Below, one piece after another: positions 42,293 through 56,103 of a stretch of DNA of 64,000 nucleotides. Positions within the stretch are counted from its first letter, which is position 1; the number at the start of each line of letters is the position of its first letter. The notes below the pieces were generated by a model. That model worked only from the letters and a program-made list of their open reading frames with translations. It did not search any database and was not told the origin of the DNA. Origin of the DNA: Bigelowiella natans CCMP2755 (Eukaryota; Protista; Cercozoa); the NCBI GenBank assembly GCA_000320545.1, contig ADNK01001817.1, positions 1 to 64,000 of the forward strand, read 5' to 3'. The position numbers and the translations under genes are program-made.

Positions 42293-43771
42293 ATTTCAAT
42301 ATTGGCCCCTTAGGTTTCAGATGTTGCGAGTGCGCTCGATTCACTTTTATCTACGGGCGATTGTTCACAGCACAACAAGATGCTGAACCGGGCAATTTCG
42401 CTCGCTGGAATCTCCGCAGCCGCCATGGTGGCAGGTGAGGAGGCACAGGCGATCAATCTAACACACCTCGACACCTCTGCTGTCAAGACTCAAGCATCTG
42501 CTAATTTCTTGCTCCAAGGCCCTGAAAATATCTCGGTGAGAAATAAGGAGAGTAATTTGTCGTAGGAAAGTTGGTAACCTTCGGTTTTTGGCCATTTCAA
42601 TCCATTCTAATTAGAAAAAAAGATATTAAAATCACGACCCGTCGCCGCAATTTATCAGGTCTCTGGAACTCTGGATGGTGGTGCCGATGTATCGATTGTG
42701 CTCGTAAATCCTACAGTCTCAAAGCTGTGCCGGCCGCCTCCTGACTCACTATCCTCTGCCAATACATCCTCCTCTTCCTCCTTAGTATCTGTGTTCCTAT
42801 CGCCACCATTCAGCGTGAGTGCCTCCTCCCAAGGCCAGGCGCAGATCGTGACAGGCCTTCAACAGCCGTTAGTGTTTACCATCCCAATCGCTACTACATC
42901 TCAGCAGCAGCTTACAGGTAGTAGTAATAGTAGTAGTAGTAGTAGTAGTAGTAGTAGATAAGGGGAATGTGTCCTGTCATCATCATTATCAGCAGCAGCA
43001 GCAGCAGCATAATACTCACTACGCACGCCAGGGGAGCCGGAGTGTAACTTCTGGGATACGGCTACGGCGCGCTGGTCCACTGAAGGGTGAAGCAACACTC
43101 ACAATGATGACGACGACAAGCTTTCTTACAATTAATCTATTATTGGACTACAACTTTGCTTTCATACGGCTACTGCTACTGTTGTCATGCTATGCGGTCT
43201 TTTTTTAAAACTGAATCTCCTTCCTAAAACTACGTGTCAGCTGCCTGACAGATTGGAAAGCTGGCGCTGATGCCGTAGTATGTCGCTGCACGCATCTTAC
43301 GGAATTTTCAGTCCTCCAGCGAGAAAATGAGGATGTGCGCGTGGAGGAGCACACGAAGGGCATATATTTAGCTGTTATGGCTCTTTACATCATTGCCGCC
43401 GGCATTGTATGCTACCAGTTATGCAGGATGCTATACTGGGTAAGACTCACCTCAGATTTCGGATGTTATCGATGATATATCTGTGTGTTATATCCATGTG
43501 TGGAGAAAGGGAGAGAGAGGGGGGGGGGGGGGGGGGTTCCCAGAAATCCATTCCTAATCCTGTAATCTGCCTGTTTGAATGATAATGTGCCAGGCCGAAA
43601 ACCTTAAAGATCAGATGAACACCAAGATCATCTTCAGCCTTATGCTCAGCATTGCGATATTTCGCATTTTCTTGTGTCTCCGCTATAGCAGGCAATTCAA
43701 TGAGGTTATCTGACGAGAGTGTGAGCACGTCGTTTGCACTCCCACGTGCAGACTAGTGTATAAATAAATAC

Positions 43772-43812
<41 letters not shown>

Positions 43813-46613
43813 CGTACATATATCTAAATATACCGCGTGCCATAATTTGAAATGGTACTGAAGAACACTGATGAGGTTTACAATCGATATCAAGCTATTC
43901 AGGATGAAGAATCTTCAGTGTTTTCCGTTAAAACTGATATTTCACGACCTTGAATAAGAGTTTTGGAGATATTTCTGAGATGTTGGTAAAATGATACTGC
44001 TCTGCTTACTCATTCTTCACAATCAGTTCACGGATATGCCGCGATGGATTCTTGCAATACTCGCTGCCACCCCCTACAGTCTCATTTGCTGGGCCTACTC
44101 CTTCCTCGTCTATCAATGGGGGGTACGTAAACATTAGTCGAAAAGCTGATAAGGGTAGAGGAAGGAAAGAGTCAATGGCAACAATGCACTCTCACGCACA
44201 TCTGGCACGAAACAGAATATTTCATTACCTAATGATATGGAGCATATGTCGACGAAACAGCTGAACAAAATCATTGATGATTTTGGTATGAACAATAGCT
44301 TACTTCGATGTGCTATCCGAATGATTTCTGTCCTAATCACTAATTATTAGGCCGTATTCCACCTCTCGATCAAAATGCTGCGCGCCATCAAATTTGCTGA
44401 CTACGGCAAGTATTATATCTATGGTTCCTTGGCGACCACTGTTGCGGAAATCGGCCTGGTCTACCTCACCTACTTATCATATTCACGCATATACCTACCT
44501 ACATTAAACACAGCACACATTCATTTTGTACAATTTACCGCAAAGAGTCACTCATCGCCAGGAGAATAGAATAATGGGCGATTTTAACCTATTTCAACGG
44601 CTGCATCTAACGCACTCACTCGCATCTAGTTCGTTGCTGTGCTTGGAACGGAGGGTAGCTTGCCCGAGGCTGTGACGAAGGCATGTTTGCTGACGGGCTG
44701 TATAGTCATCGCCATTGTGTCTCTCGCGATAGGCATTGGTTTCATGGTCTACAGCACTCTTGACGGTTGTTGATGATGATAATGTTAGTAACGTCTACCA
44801 TTTTATGATAATAAGTGATGTTGATGGAGATAGTAGTGATGGATAGAGAAGAGGCTACAGTTTCCGATTTCGACCTCCAACTTGCACAAAAGTGATAGTC
44901 CCGCCATTAATTCGTCCATTAGCAAAGCATCTGATTGCTCGATCGACCAAGCCAGGCATAGGATATAACATGCTCATTGTCGGTTGGACTGTCGGCATCA
45001 TGTTCAGGTGTTGTCCATAGTTTGCTAGATTTTAATGAGGAAATGAGAATGGGAAGGGCGAGAATAGTACCAAGTGTAGATTCACGCGTTTTTGCTTTGG
45101 AACATAGCCTCGAGGCCACCCTCTGGCTAGCTTCTGTGTTCAAGTCGAATTCTGCCGTTGCCGACGAGGACTTGCTGGCGGTATGAAATGTCATCGAAAG
45201 CGATTGTCTAAGATAGTCAGATTTCCATCTTTCTCTTCTGAATCCTCCGCTCTTATTGGTGCGTGCGTAACACATTTAGGCGTCGTATTTCTTCAATATT
45301 GTCCAGATCTTCTCTCTGTGCTACTTATTTGAGTCAACGATCCTAGTGGTAGGAAAGGACGAACGACCTATTTAGTACACGTCGTATACTTGCACACATT
45401 ATCACAGAATTTTCTGATTCGCATACAAAATTCACACGGACCGCACAAAGAAAACCCTAGTCATTGAGCTGTGTCATCTCGTCATCAGTATTACAATAAT
45501 TACCGTCAGCTCCGGGCGCGTACGCTTCAGTCGCGACCGCAGACAACGACTGTTAAATCAAACAAAACAAGGTCAACGACCATGACCACGCGCAGAACTG
45601 GGCACAGCTCATACACCCCCCGCTCCAAAAACCAAGATATTGAGTTCATGTCGCGGTAAGAACGATTTTGTGAGCTGCATATATCCGAGTATTGGGTTGC
45701 CGTTATATTATGTGCATTTGAGAGACGTGGAAATCAGTCGTTGCTCATGACGTTTTCTTCCTCTTGACTCCGCTCCCCAGTCTATTTTGCCTCCATTTGA
45801 TATTCCCTACCTCAGTAATACAGTGACTAATGATTCTTTTCGGATAACCACAGCAATCACCATTCGAAATGGGGCGCGGCTTCTCAAAAAAGAGATTCGA
45901 TTGGAAGTCGTGTCAGCAGGGTATGAGCAGCAATAGTTGTAGCAGTATGATATGGCGTTTTTCGTTGTCAGTCTCTTCGAAAGAAAAGAGAAAGAAACAT
46001 TCATCCCATTTTTGCGAATCTTGTGATTGATGTATTGGTAAGAGTGATGTAATTCTGCTGCTACTTTCTCAGACGGGCGGAACCGTTAGTGGAGAAACTG
46101 GGCAGCATCTTGCCATTATTCCTAAGTTTATACAGAGATCCTCAATAGACGACGGGAAGAACGACAATATTGCAATCGGCGAGGCTTCTCCAAACTATGC
46201 AGAGTTAGAAGCCCAGTCACCAGCACCGCAAAGGGAGACTAGGGACAACGATGATGACAAGGTGGTCATGAGCAGAACAACATGTCATCATTGCTGAGTA
46301 GTGCACCTTGATTTAACAATTTAATTCTATTCCGTAGGAAAAGTGGATAGTTGGGGAAGCAAGCGACGGAACTCCCTTTTATACAAACAAGGCCACCGGT
46401 AGCATCCTACTGCCTACCTCTAAGGATGATGACTATAGATGATGATGTGGCAAATGCCTGATCCGAGCCAATTATTAAGTCACGTTTGATTTTATAGGGC
46501 GCAGCTACTGGAACAGGCCTTCCGGCGAAGGAGCTACCCTTCGCGTCAGGATGAAGGGTAACGAGCATGAAGACCATCAAATCGAGAAGGTTAAACTTGA
46601 AAGGGGAGGATAA
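37323..46613 (+). CDS. Adhesion-GPCR/polycystin-like receptor: signal peptide, cadherin-like domain, PT/S mucin stalk, 2 EGF_CA, REJ, GPS, ~7 TM, cytoplasmic WW
   Basis: Signal peptide MIAIWTLLAQLLFFH; EGF_CA DVNECTMNTHTCHADATCSNTQGSYSCTC; REJ-like LVLKPNILLPGQTYDF...VNAPPMGGALTVSP; GPS CNFWD...WSTEG..CRCTHLTEFSVL; then hydrophobic exons. The last exons splice to EKWIVGEASDGTPFYTNKATGRSYWNRP, with TAA ending at 46613. Confidence 0.8.
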
Positions 46614-46642
46614 GTGTTGTACATATATCCCACCCATAAACA

Positions 46643-46700
<58 letters not shown>

Positions 46701-48567
46701 CAGAGAGAGAGACAAACACGTACGCAACAGGTTATTGTTGAGCAAGAGAGGGAAAGCAATCTTGATAAAGACGAGGACGGAGTTGTCACAATCTGATAGA
46801 TGAGTTATACGAGTTATAATCTATGTGATATACGTAGTAGATAATCGTGACATTGTAACGCTTTTAGTATCACCTATGCATGCGTCTATCATCCCTATTT
46901 TAATGAATCAATCAGTCATCGTTAAATCTTTGGCTCAGAACTAGTAGTTTAAGCATTCCTTCTGTCTAGTTTTTTAAGATACTATGATACATTGGCAAAA
47001 GCTATAGCATCAAACTGTTCGGTGATATGTGCTTCTACAGCTTTCATTTGTGTTAGTCTAGCCTTCGTTGCAGCTCGACTAAGATTGATTAAAACCTTCA
47101 CAGATAGAATATTCCATCGATTATAGTATGCACATATTAATTTGCATGGCATTATCTAGATTATGCTCTAGCTATGCATGGTGTATACGACACAACTGGT
47201 AAACAAGGATATGTATTGCCAGATACGATTGCCTTCATCTCACGTACGATATTCGTCGCATATACTGCATTTCATGTGGTGCTATACATGCACAGCCTAC
47301 ATGCACATCTAGACATGCAAAGGCTCTAGCTAGCTAGCTAGCTAGGGCTAGAAAGTCATGGCTAGACTGGGTGAATCATAATCGCCACGCATGTCGTATT
47401 ACACCGTTTAGCCCTTTGTAAACACTTTTGGCAATATGGCATGGTACTTCTTTGCAACATGCTAGCATATAGTCAGATAGACTGTGTGTACCGCAGGCAA
47501 AATCATCATAGTCTATCAAGCCAGAAAGCTTGTACATTTAGTCATCTCGCATGATGCTTTGTTATTAGCTTAAATGTGGCATGGCTTGCATTTGTGTCGG
47601 CGATTTAATTCTAAAAGACTTTTTGTTAGTGTTTGTTCAGAGTTTTGTTGCGGCGAGAGATATTTGCTACAAACGCATTGTAAATGTTTACATGAACACT
47701 GGCGTCATCTAGTGTATTAAATCATGCTTCCCATCTCAATGTGCTAGTTTTGATGCTCAAAGGAAGCATTTATTTCCATAATATAGAGGACTGTAAAATC
47801 AATATTGTGCGTCACGAATTCATTGCATCCCTTGCTGAGCTAAGTCATTTCCGCATTTTAATGCATTCTTTGTGAAACATGCCCATCTGATTCTTCCCAC
47901 CATAAGACTGCGTGCTTGCGCTATAATCTCATCATTAAACGAGGATATATGTTCTCAGTTAGGTAATGATTGATAACTGCGTGTGTAACTTCATCGCCAT
48001 CAAGCGTCACCACTTCTGAGTATTTTGCCAAGTACCCAGTTGCTCTATGCGCTACTGTTGCATGTCGTCATTATATCTCACTCCCCTCTTTGATCTATAT
48101 CAATCAACGATGCAGCAGTTCCTGAGCACCGAATTATTAGAAATCAGAGAGATTAGCAGAGACTATGAATTCTATATGGCGAGATGCTGGATGAGAGTAC
48201 TGTGATGTTGTGATCAATGGGTTAAGTGGACAATAACGAGGGAGTTGATAGTGACAACAAACCAGGTATATTTAGCATCGATGAAGTGGGAGTTAGCAAG
48301 TTGCTCTGAGCCTGCACGAAAGTAGGAAAATAATCAATTCCACAATTTCTATAGAATCGGTACGCCCCCTGCCCTACGCTTCCAACATGATAGGAAAAGC
48401 ATGAACAAGAAAGGTGAGGAAATGACATCAATCCTATGTGTCGTAAGACCAAACACACAAAATGCTCAACCAGCAACCACAAAATTTAATGATAAGCTCC
48501 TGAGATTTATTCCAGAGAACACCAATGATTTCATTACTGATATTTCACTATTTTCAATCTCTATGCT

Positions 48568-50518
48568 TCAGATCTTTTTTACGTCTGGTTCGCGGCGGAG
48601 AAGCTTCCTCCAGTCATTTCCGATGTATGCGTTGCGAAGGATGTGCCTTGGAATCTCTCGCAAGTCGGCCGTGCTCATGGCGCGGCGCATATTTCCGTGG
48701 CGTCTTGGGATTGGCTTTTCAAACAAATTCCTTTGCAACGATAGCTTTTCCTTACTGTCGTCATCCTTTATTTGTGATGACAGTGTTGTCGAAGTTGTTT
48801 CCGATGTTGCTGCAGAGAGATCATAGCCGGCGACAAGTTCCTCTCGAATCTTAAAACAACGAATTTAACAATTTCTAATGAGTCCGGTAGTAGCAGACGG
48901 TCATTCCCATACTTCCAATGTTAGGAAAAACAACAAGCGATAGGTTATGTCCCACAAAACTAGCAGCACTGTAGTAAAATTGTCTAAATTATCTCTGTCT
49001 CATAACCGTATACGATCATCATCACCATCATCACCACCATTTTTATCATCATCATCATCATCAATTAATCATTATCATCTTGATCCTCTTCCTCGTACTC
49101 CCGTACCCCCCCTCCCCCCCACCTGTGGACTGAGAGGTTTAAGCGTGGCAACGAAGGAGCCCCCCCTGCCCCCTTGAAAATGGAGGACGTGAGTGTGAAA
49201 CTTCCATACAGCCACCCTGTGAGCAATTGAGATGACAGTAATGCCTTGGTCATGAAGCTGCTGGTACAATCGAGGCTCCAACGAAGCACTCACCATAGAC
49301 GTCGCCTATTTTGTTTAGTTACTTAGGTATTGAACAAATACAGCTCGTTACTCACGCATCATCATCATCATCATCATCATCGCTTCCAAAGCAGCTGTTA
49401 TGATTACGTCACCATACATACACAGACGAGGAGAAGACCTCGTCCAACACAGCAAATTGTGGTTGATGGTAGTAAAGTCGCGCCATTGCAACTTTCTGTG
49501 ATTCGCCTCCTGAGAGAATGTCGTCCTTGAAACAGTATTATCAATCAGTGATTTGATATTAAGATTGATCGTATATTTCCTCATTTCTGTAACTTCCTAC
49601 TCCTCCTTTTCCTCATCTTCTTTTCTGATACTTATTCTATATTATTTCTTTAATGCTACACTTGTCTAGCTGCTATTACTACTTTTCAAAAATTATAGCA
49701 AGTAGAAGTAGAAATCACACTGAAACATGTCCATTTGATGAGTTAAACCAGGACGAAAATCATCGTTTTTCTTAGTCAAACAGCTAGAATTATCGAAAAT
49801 ACTCTACTTTTAAAAATCATTTCAATACCCATTGCTTCGTAATACTGAGACCTTCCCTGTCAGCAACTTTAGTTAAATCCGCCATGCGAATAATCTCGGC
49901 TATGCTCAGTCCTTGGCTGCCTTTCCCCTGATTTCTCAGCTTTTTATCAGGGTATATGATGCAATCCACGAGCGTGCCTAATTAAATGACAGACATTTGT
50001 GGAGAGGAGAAGAGAAGGGGGGAGAAGGGAATCATTATTCATAGCTAGATTGTCATGAATGCCAGAACCAGCAAACGTGAGGCAACCCATCTTATAATAA
50101 TACAATAGTAGCAGTACTCAGTAATATGTGCCTACTCTTAAAAGCAGAAGCAGTAGTGGTAGTAAGCAAGCAAATAAGTAAGTAAGTAACATAGGTCACA
50201 ATACAATTTTCCTTCTGTGTGTATGAATGTGTGTGTTTTCTCTTCTCCTTTAGTACCGATGGGCATGTAGGGCATTTGTGGTAGGTAAACGATGCCAGCC
50301 CCTCCCCCACCCGAATGCTTGGAATTATTGGAGAATCGCGAAGGTTTCTCTATGCTTCCGCCAGCGCGGGGCCATAATCCTGTATTAGATATATATAAAA
50401 ACCAAATCTGTGCGAAGTTTGTGTGAAGTTTTCTGCGTCTCTCTTTCTTCTCCATGTAGGAATCATGTGCTTGTACCTCAATCGATATGTTCTCTTACAT
50501 ATCGATCGCCATTTACTA

Positions 50519-50586
<68 letters not shown>

Positions 50587-50738
50587 CTCAAAACCCTGAG
50601 AAGGCATGTCTTCCCACAGCCGTTCGGACCAGCAATAAGAGTATGCATGCCTTTCTCTATCACCCCGCTTAAATTTGAAAGCAGCAGCTGATCGTCAGAG
50701 GAGCCGGGCACACGAATCTAATAAATATTGTTTGTGTT

Positions 50739-50783
<45 letters not shown>

Positions 50784-52096
50784 CAACAGGCAGGAATATC
50801 GTGCTTGACTAAGGATGACGATAGACGTCGTTCCTTTCTTTGTAAATATAATAATAAAAATATGCACGCATACTGTTAGTAAGCTTTTATTACCTCAATG
50901 GTATGCAATATTGGACAAGATACTATCACACATACTATTTTATTTTAGTTATCTCCATCCCCCACCCCTGGTCTTCATGCTCTCCTCCTCCTCCTCCTCC
51001 CAAAATGAAAAGCCTTCCCGTTTTACCACCTTTAGGTCCTCAAAAATGATATTGTCTGTTGATATATGGAGAGGACGTATCTTCTTCTTATTTTCCTTTT
51101 CGTCAGCAGCATTATTGGCAATGCTGTTGTCATCTTCGTCCCGTCGACTGCGGTCATCCAAGCACTTTACAAGGGTAGTAACGCGCGAGGTAAATCCAGC
51201 TAAGATTGCGATCTATGAAGAATGAAGAACAATCAAATGATATTTCATCGAAATCCAAACAGTGCAGTGATATAACAGTTTACAGAGTTTGTTTGCAGAA
51301 AATGACGACCCTAATATCTCTATTATCCCCTCCCTCCCTTCCTAACTGTGAAAATAAACAGCAACGGTCTGTCTGTGGTCCTCCAAAAAGCATAGGTTGG
51401 TATTGATAATCGTGGCACAGCAGTATGTCGTGGAAGTCAGTGGTAGGATAAATAGTATTTGTTGTTAGTTGCTATTGATTAAATACAACACCTGCTTGTA
51501 GCTCAAGACTATGCGACCGATGGCATCGGAGAGCGTTGTGAGCATACGTGAACTACGAAAATAATACCAAAATCAAGAATTTGATATCATGAAATGTTAA
51601 TGGCATAAATACAGCAGGCAGACGATACATGCGATTCATGTTCTTGGAGCAGTCTGTCTCAGGATGAGTATGTGGTCTTTAAATTCATTCTTCGATCGAC
51701 TTTTCAAAGTCACAGCAGCATGGCTTAGAAATTAAGAAAATGCGTGTTGTTTTGAAACATTCTGCAATCATAATAACGATAATACAGTTAAGAATTATTA
51801 GTTTATGATTGCTACGAAGCTTGTACTGATAGTATTGGCAGTGCTTATGATAGACATAATAATGTATGAGGTCACAATAACAAGTATAATTGTACCTCTG
51901 AACAAATTTTTCAGTTAGGTGGCCGCTGGTCGCCGCTGCCACCTTCACTTCGTCATTGTCAGGAAATGCGATACGGCTAAGCACGAATGCAAAGCCTATC
52001 ACAGTCGCCCCTGTTGTCACAGAAGGAGAGGGGAAGGAAGTATATATACATATATGTATCTATATATATAATATATATATCTATATATATAATATA

Positions 52097-52135
<39 letters not shown>

Positions 52136-54843
52136 TATGGTGTTGAGCAACATGCAAATGTTTCTACAGCATTGTTCGATAATCACATTCACAGGAAACA
52201 ATAAAGAATGCCTACTATATACATCTAAGGAAACAAACCATATTTAATGATGTAGTTATCCAGAATTGACATCAAAAACGACTGTCGTTGCAGGAATCGT
52301 CTTTGGGCATCGTGCTCGTGGAATGCTGCTTCGATCGTGTCCTTTTCCCATTCGGTGCCGTAGCTAAACGCAATTTCCTTTTGTCGACACAAGGCAAAAG
52401 CAGATGCTTCATACATACATACACGTATAGAGAAGTAGAGGAGGATTTAATAGTTATGTAAATAGAAGAACAATTTGAACAAAACGACGTCAAAATTCCT
52501 AAATATCTGCAAGGTAAATTTCCGATGATCTTTGTGCTGAGAACCAATTTATCGATACTCTGGGTATCGCTATGATCTATCGTTATGATCTAATGAAAAT
52601 CTATATTTTGAACTATTCTGAACAACCTCCGCTCGAGCAGCAAACCGCATGTGCAAGAATCGGTAAAAACCTAACAGCAATGAGGAGATAAGAGGATACA
52701 CACCAAGCCCTCTACTAACTCCTCTACGGTTTTCTCTATGCGACATACATTAATGAAAAAAATATACGAAATGTGCAACAACAACACCAACAAAACCACA
52801 ATCTTTCCAAGCACACAATTTTTTGGTCCATTTTGGAGAGAAATCAGCTCTACTCTCCCTACGCTACTACGCCTTCTTATCGATGACTACTATTGATGAT
52901 GATACCCATGAGCTTCTGTAAGCGTGCTGTGAGTTTTCCGAAGCCAGGGGATAGGACTCGTAGTAGGATCGATGATATGATGAAGTATCCTAGCATAACT
53001 AATGGCCCTCGCATGCCCACAGCCCTACATCAATGAATGAATGCATGAAGACGACATGCATTCTGAAGCAGCTGCTCAGTGTTTTTTGCTGATGTGAGGT
53101 TGGCGTTGCTGTGTCTGTTTTATGGTATATTTATTTAATATTTACAATATTTATGTTCCAAAAACAAGAATTAATGTTTTGTACCGCAGAATAATTGGTT
53201 TTGTTCATCTATACATAAATCACCGAGCAAGAGCTCTTGAGTACAGCATGACATCTATTCCTGGCTTCACGAGGTTTTGGAAGATCAACACACAAGACGA
53301 TGCCCATTCTACCAACGACAAAAATATGGAAGGAATGAGTGAAGGGAGAGTGCCACTAGCAGTAGCAGCAGCAGCAGCAGCAGCAGAGAATTCGATACAA
53401 GAGTAGCACATGATGATGCACATCTGAGTGTTATGATGTTTTCAATTGAAGAATAATTATATTGTTACCCCCTTTTTTTGAGAATACCAACTATGGTTTC
53501 ACCAACAGTATGCAGAGTTAAGACTGTTGGAATTTGCTCTAATCACTCATATTGCTACCTTCGACGTCCTGAGTAATGCGCTGATCGACGTCAGTCACGC
53601 TGCTGTTCAAACGAAGAACCTGAGAAGGAGGGAGAACGAGAGACGGGGCCACAGAGTTTGTAGAAACAATTTATGATTTTACCATAATCATCATCGCCAT
53701 AATCATCCTTTACTTTTAATATAAGGGGAGTCTAGAGAATACATTTTCTCTTCTTGCTATTATTATTCACTACGATGTCGTCGTCCACTACCTGGTATGC
53801 CGTAATTCCAGTAAGATATCGGACATGCAGATACTTTACTAGATTGTTGCTAGTTTAGTCAAACAAGAAGAAGCGAAGGAAAAAGATTTAGCGAAACCAC
53901 CAACTCTCAGAAGCAGCAAAGATAAACGTGTTGACAAGTCGTATACAAGAGACGCTCTCTAAATAGGAAAATATTATTTACGCAGCGACACCTACAGCTT
54001 TTCTAAAGATTATAACAAAGGGATGAGAATGAAATTTAGGTAGAAATACTCAAAACATGAAAAAAATACTTTTCTGATGTTGTTGCCTTACCTCATATCT
54101 GTCGCAATTGATGATGCCAGAAACGACAACAGGCTATTGATCACAGCAGCGGGCACCGACAGCACGATCAACTGCATATAGCGCAAGGTAAAACAACAGA
54201 ATTTATGATATCCATCATACACGGAGTGCACAATTGTCTTTGTCGTCCAGCTGGACAAGAATGACAAAACGCTAATGACTATTGGTCGACGCAATGTTTT
54301 CAGATGCATCGAGATTCCTGGTTGTATTAAAAAAAAAATCAAACCTGAAAGACGGCGGCCTGGAAGCCTCTCCTATTCTTTTCAATCATATTGCGAGTGA
54401 CGACTCCCAGGACGTTGGACATTTGCATTGTGATTTGAGTACGAGTGAATAGTGCTCCAGTAAACGAACAGACTTTAAGTATACTTTTCCAGTCACGAAG
54501 TGCAATCTGTAGCGCAAGAGATATGATGAGCGCATTTTGTTATGATTGTTAGGAATAATTCTCTGGTAAGCTGACTTTATTCAAAACTACCCGAAGTAAT
54601 CGCTTCAAATCCATATGAAACTGCGAATCCAGGATCGCCCTAAGTTTCTTCTTTTCTTTATTTGATGAAGATGAAACACTCTTTCCCCCACCAGCCTGCT
54701 TCTTATCACCCTGGGATATTGCTTCATCCTCTTCGCTATCCATATCTTCTGCCGAGAGATTGTCTACTCTGTCCACCATTGCCTCTCTGTTTTATTTCGA
54801 ATTATCTGATAAGCGCTTTCTTTTTTGTGTGGCTCTATACGTG

Positions 54844-54900
<57 letters not shown>

Positions 54901-54915
54901 CCCTTGTGTATGTAT

Positions 54916-54958
<43 letters not shown>

Positions 54959-55192
54959 GTAATAGTTACTGCGAGGCTGGGGCAGACTGTGCTAGAAGTT
55001 TTTGGTATTTTCGAATGGCCACCGCTAAGACAAGTCCTTAAAAACAGCGGCCCATGAGATATGAATAACAAGCGAAGACAACTCAGGTGTACCTAAAGTC
55101 CATTTTTTTGCAGGACTAAGGTGATGAATCTGGGAGAGGAAGGTTGCAGTCGCTTGCAGTAGCGAGGGTGGTCTTATCTTTCTTGCTCCCAT
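48568..55192 (-). CDS. Peroxisomal-type ABC half transporter, subfamily D (PXA1/PMP70-like), multi-exon
   Basis: [16 protein letters not shown] (EAA-like), Walker [28 protein letters not shown], signature LSGGESQK, Walker B AVLDE and H-loop ISIAHR. Confidence 0.92.
52040..52131. repeat. Intronic (TA)n-rich microsatellite, representative of many intronic SSRs: (TA)n, (GT)n, (GA)n, (TAG)n, (CAT)n
   Basis: Seen directly. Other intact (TA)n tracts are at ~8146-8178, 8585-8612, 18447-18467 and 43776-43810. Confidence 0.9.
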
Positions 55193-56103
55193 GTCCCGAG
55201 ACTGAGATGAAGGCTTCGTATCAGCCCACGCCAAGCTGTTTTCGCCTGGATTACGCTACACGTTAACTCTCTTTGTGTAATCATGGGATACATTTGCCCT
55301 TACTTGCTTACTTGCCTGCCCCTACTTTTTTGCTTCCGTTCGGAAGCGACGGGGGGAGAGTTTTGGAGTACCCTATCCTTAAAGGAAGGCCTTCGAAATT
55401 AATAAAAAAGAGGAAGAAACCTATGCCATTTCGACTCTACGACTAATGATTTTTTCAATACTGCTCGGCTCAGCTAAGGGGGAAATTATGTAAATCATAA
55501 ATCGCAGGAAAGCGCAGGTTTTAGAAATATTTTAACACAGAAAATAACCTAAGATTTCTCTTTAAATCTTCAAGTCTCTACAAATACTTAAAACCATGCG
55601 GGGTGTTTTCAGGTTTGGTTGTTTTTTTTGGCTCTATTTTCCTTGGTAGTCCAATAATGATGCTTGATTGAGAATTCCGCTGCTCACCGGTAAACACTCA
55701 GCCGGTAACGTCAATAATTCATTGTCGTATGTCAAGAATTATCTGCGTTTATTGGAAACTCAAAATCTATTACCGGTATTAATGAGGGAAACTTCAACCC
55801 TCTGCGTTTTTCTGTTGAGGGCACTTTCTCAAGGTTGCACGTCGAGAAACGTCATCTGCCCCTTCCCATATCCCGAGATATCTCACAGATTTCCAGCTTG
55901 AGAGGAAACAAGGGGAACCGATCATCCAGCATTGACTAACTACGGGTATGATGACTCTATTCCACACTGTTTCTGCTAGTCTTCGTAACAGGCTTAAATA
56001 TACCTAGGATATTTTTTAGATGCGAGTATCAGGAACTTAAAAAGTACGATTGAACTCTGCTTGGACGATTCTAATTAAATTTATACTTACAAATAAACGA
56101 TAG

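Noticed and set aside
4551-55071. Numerous short ORFs with poly-CV, poly-LS, poly-Y, poly-I or poly-D
   Set aside because: They are translations of intronic microsatellites or antisense shadows of real exons.
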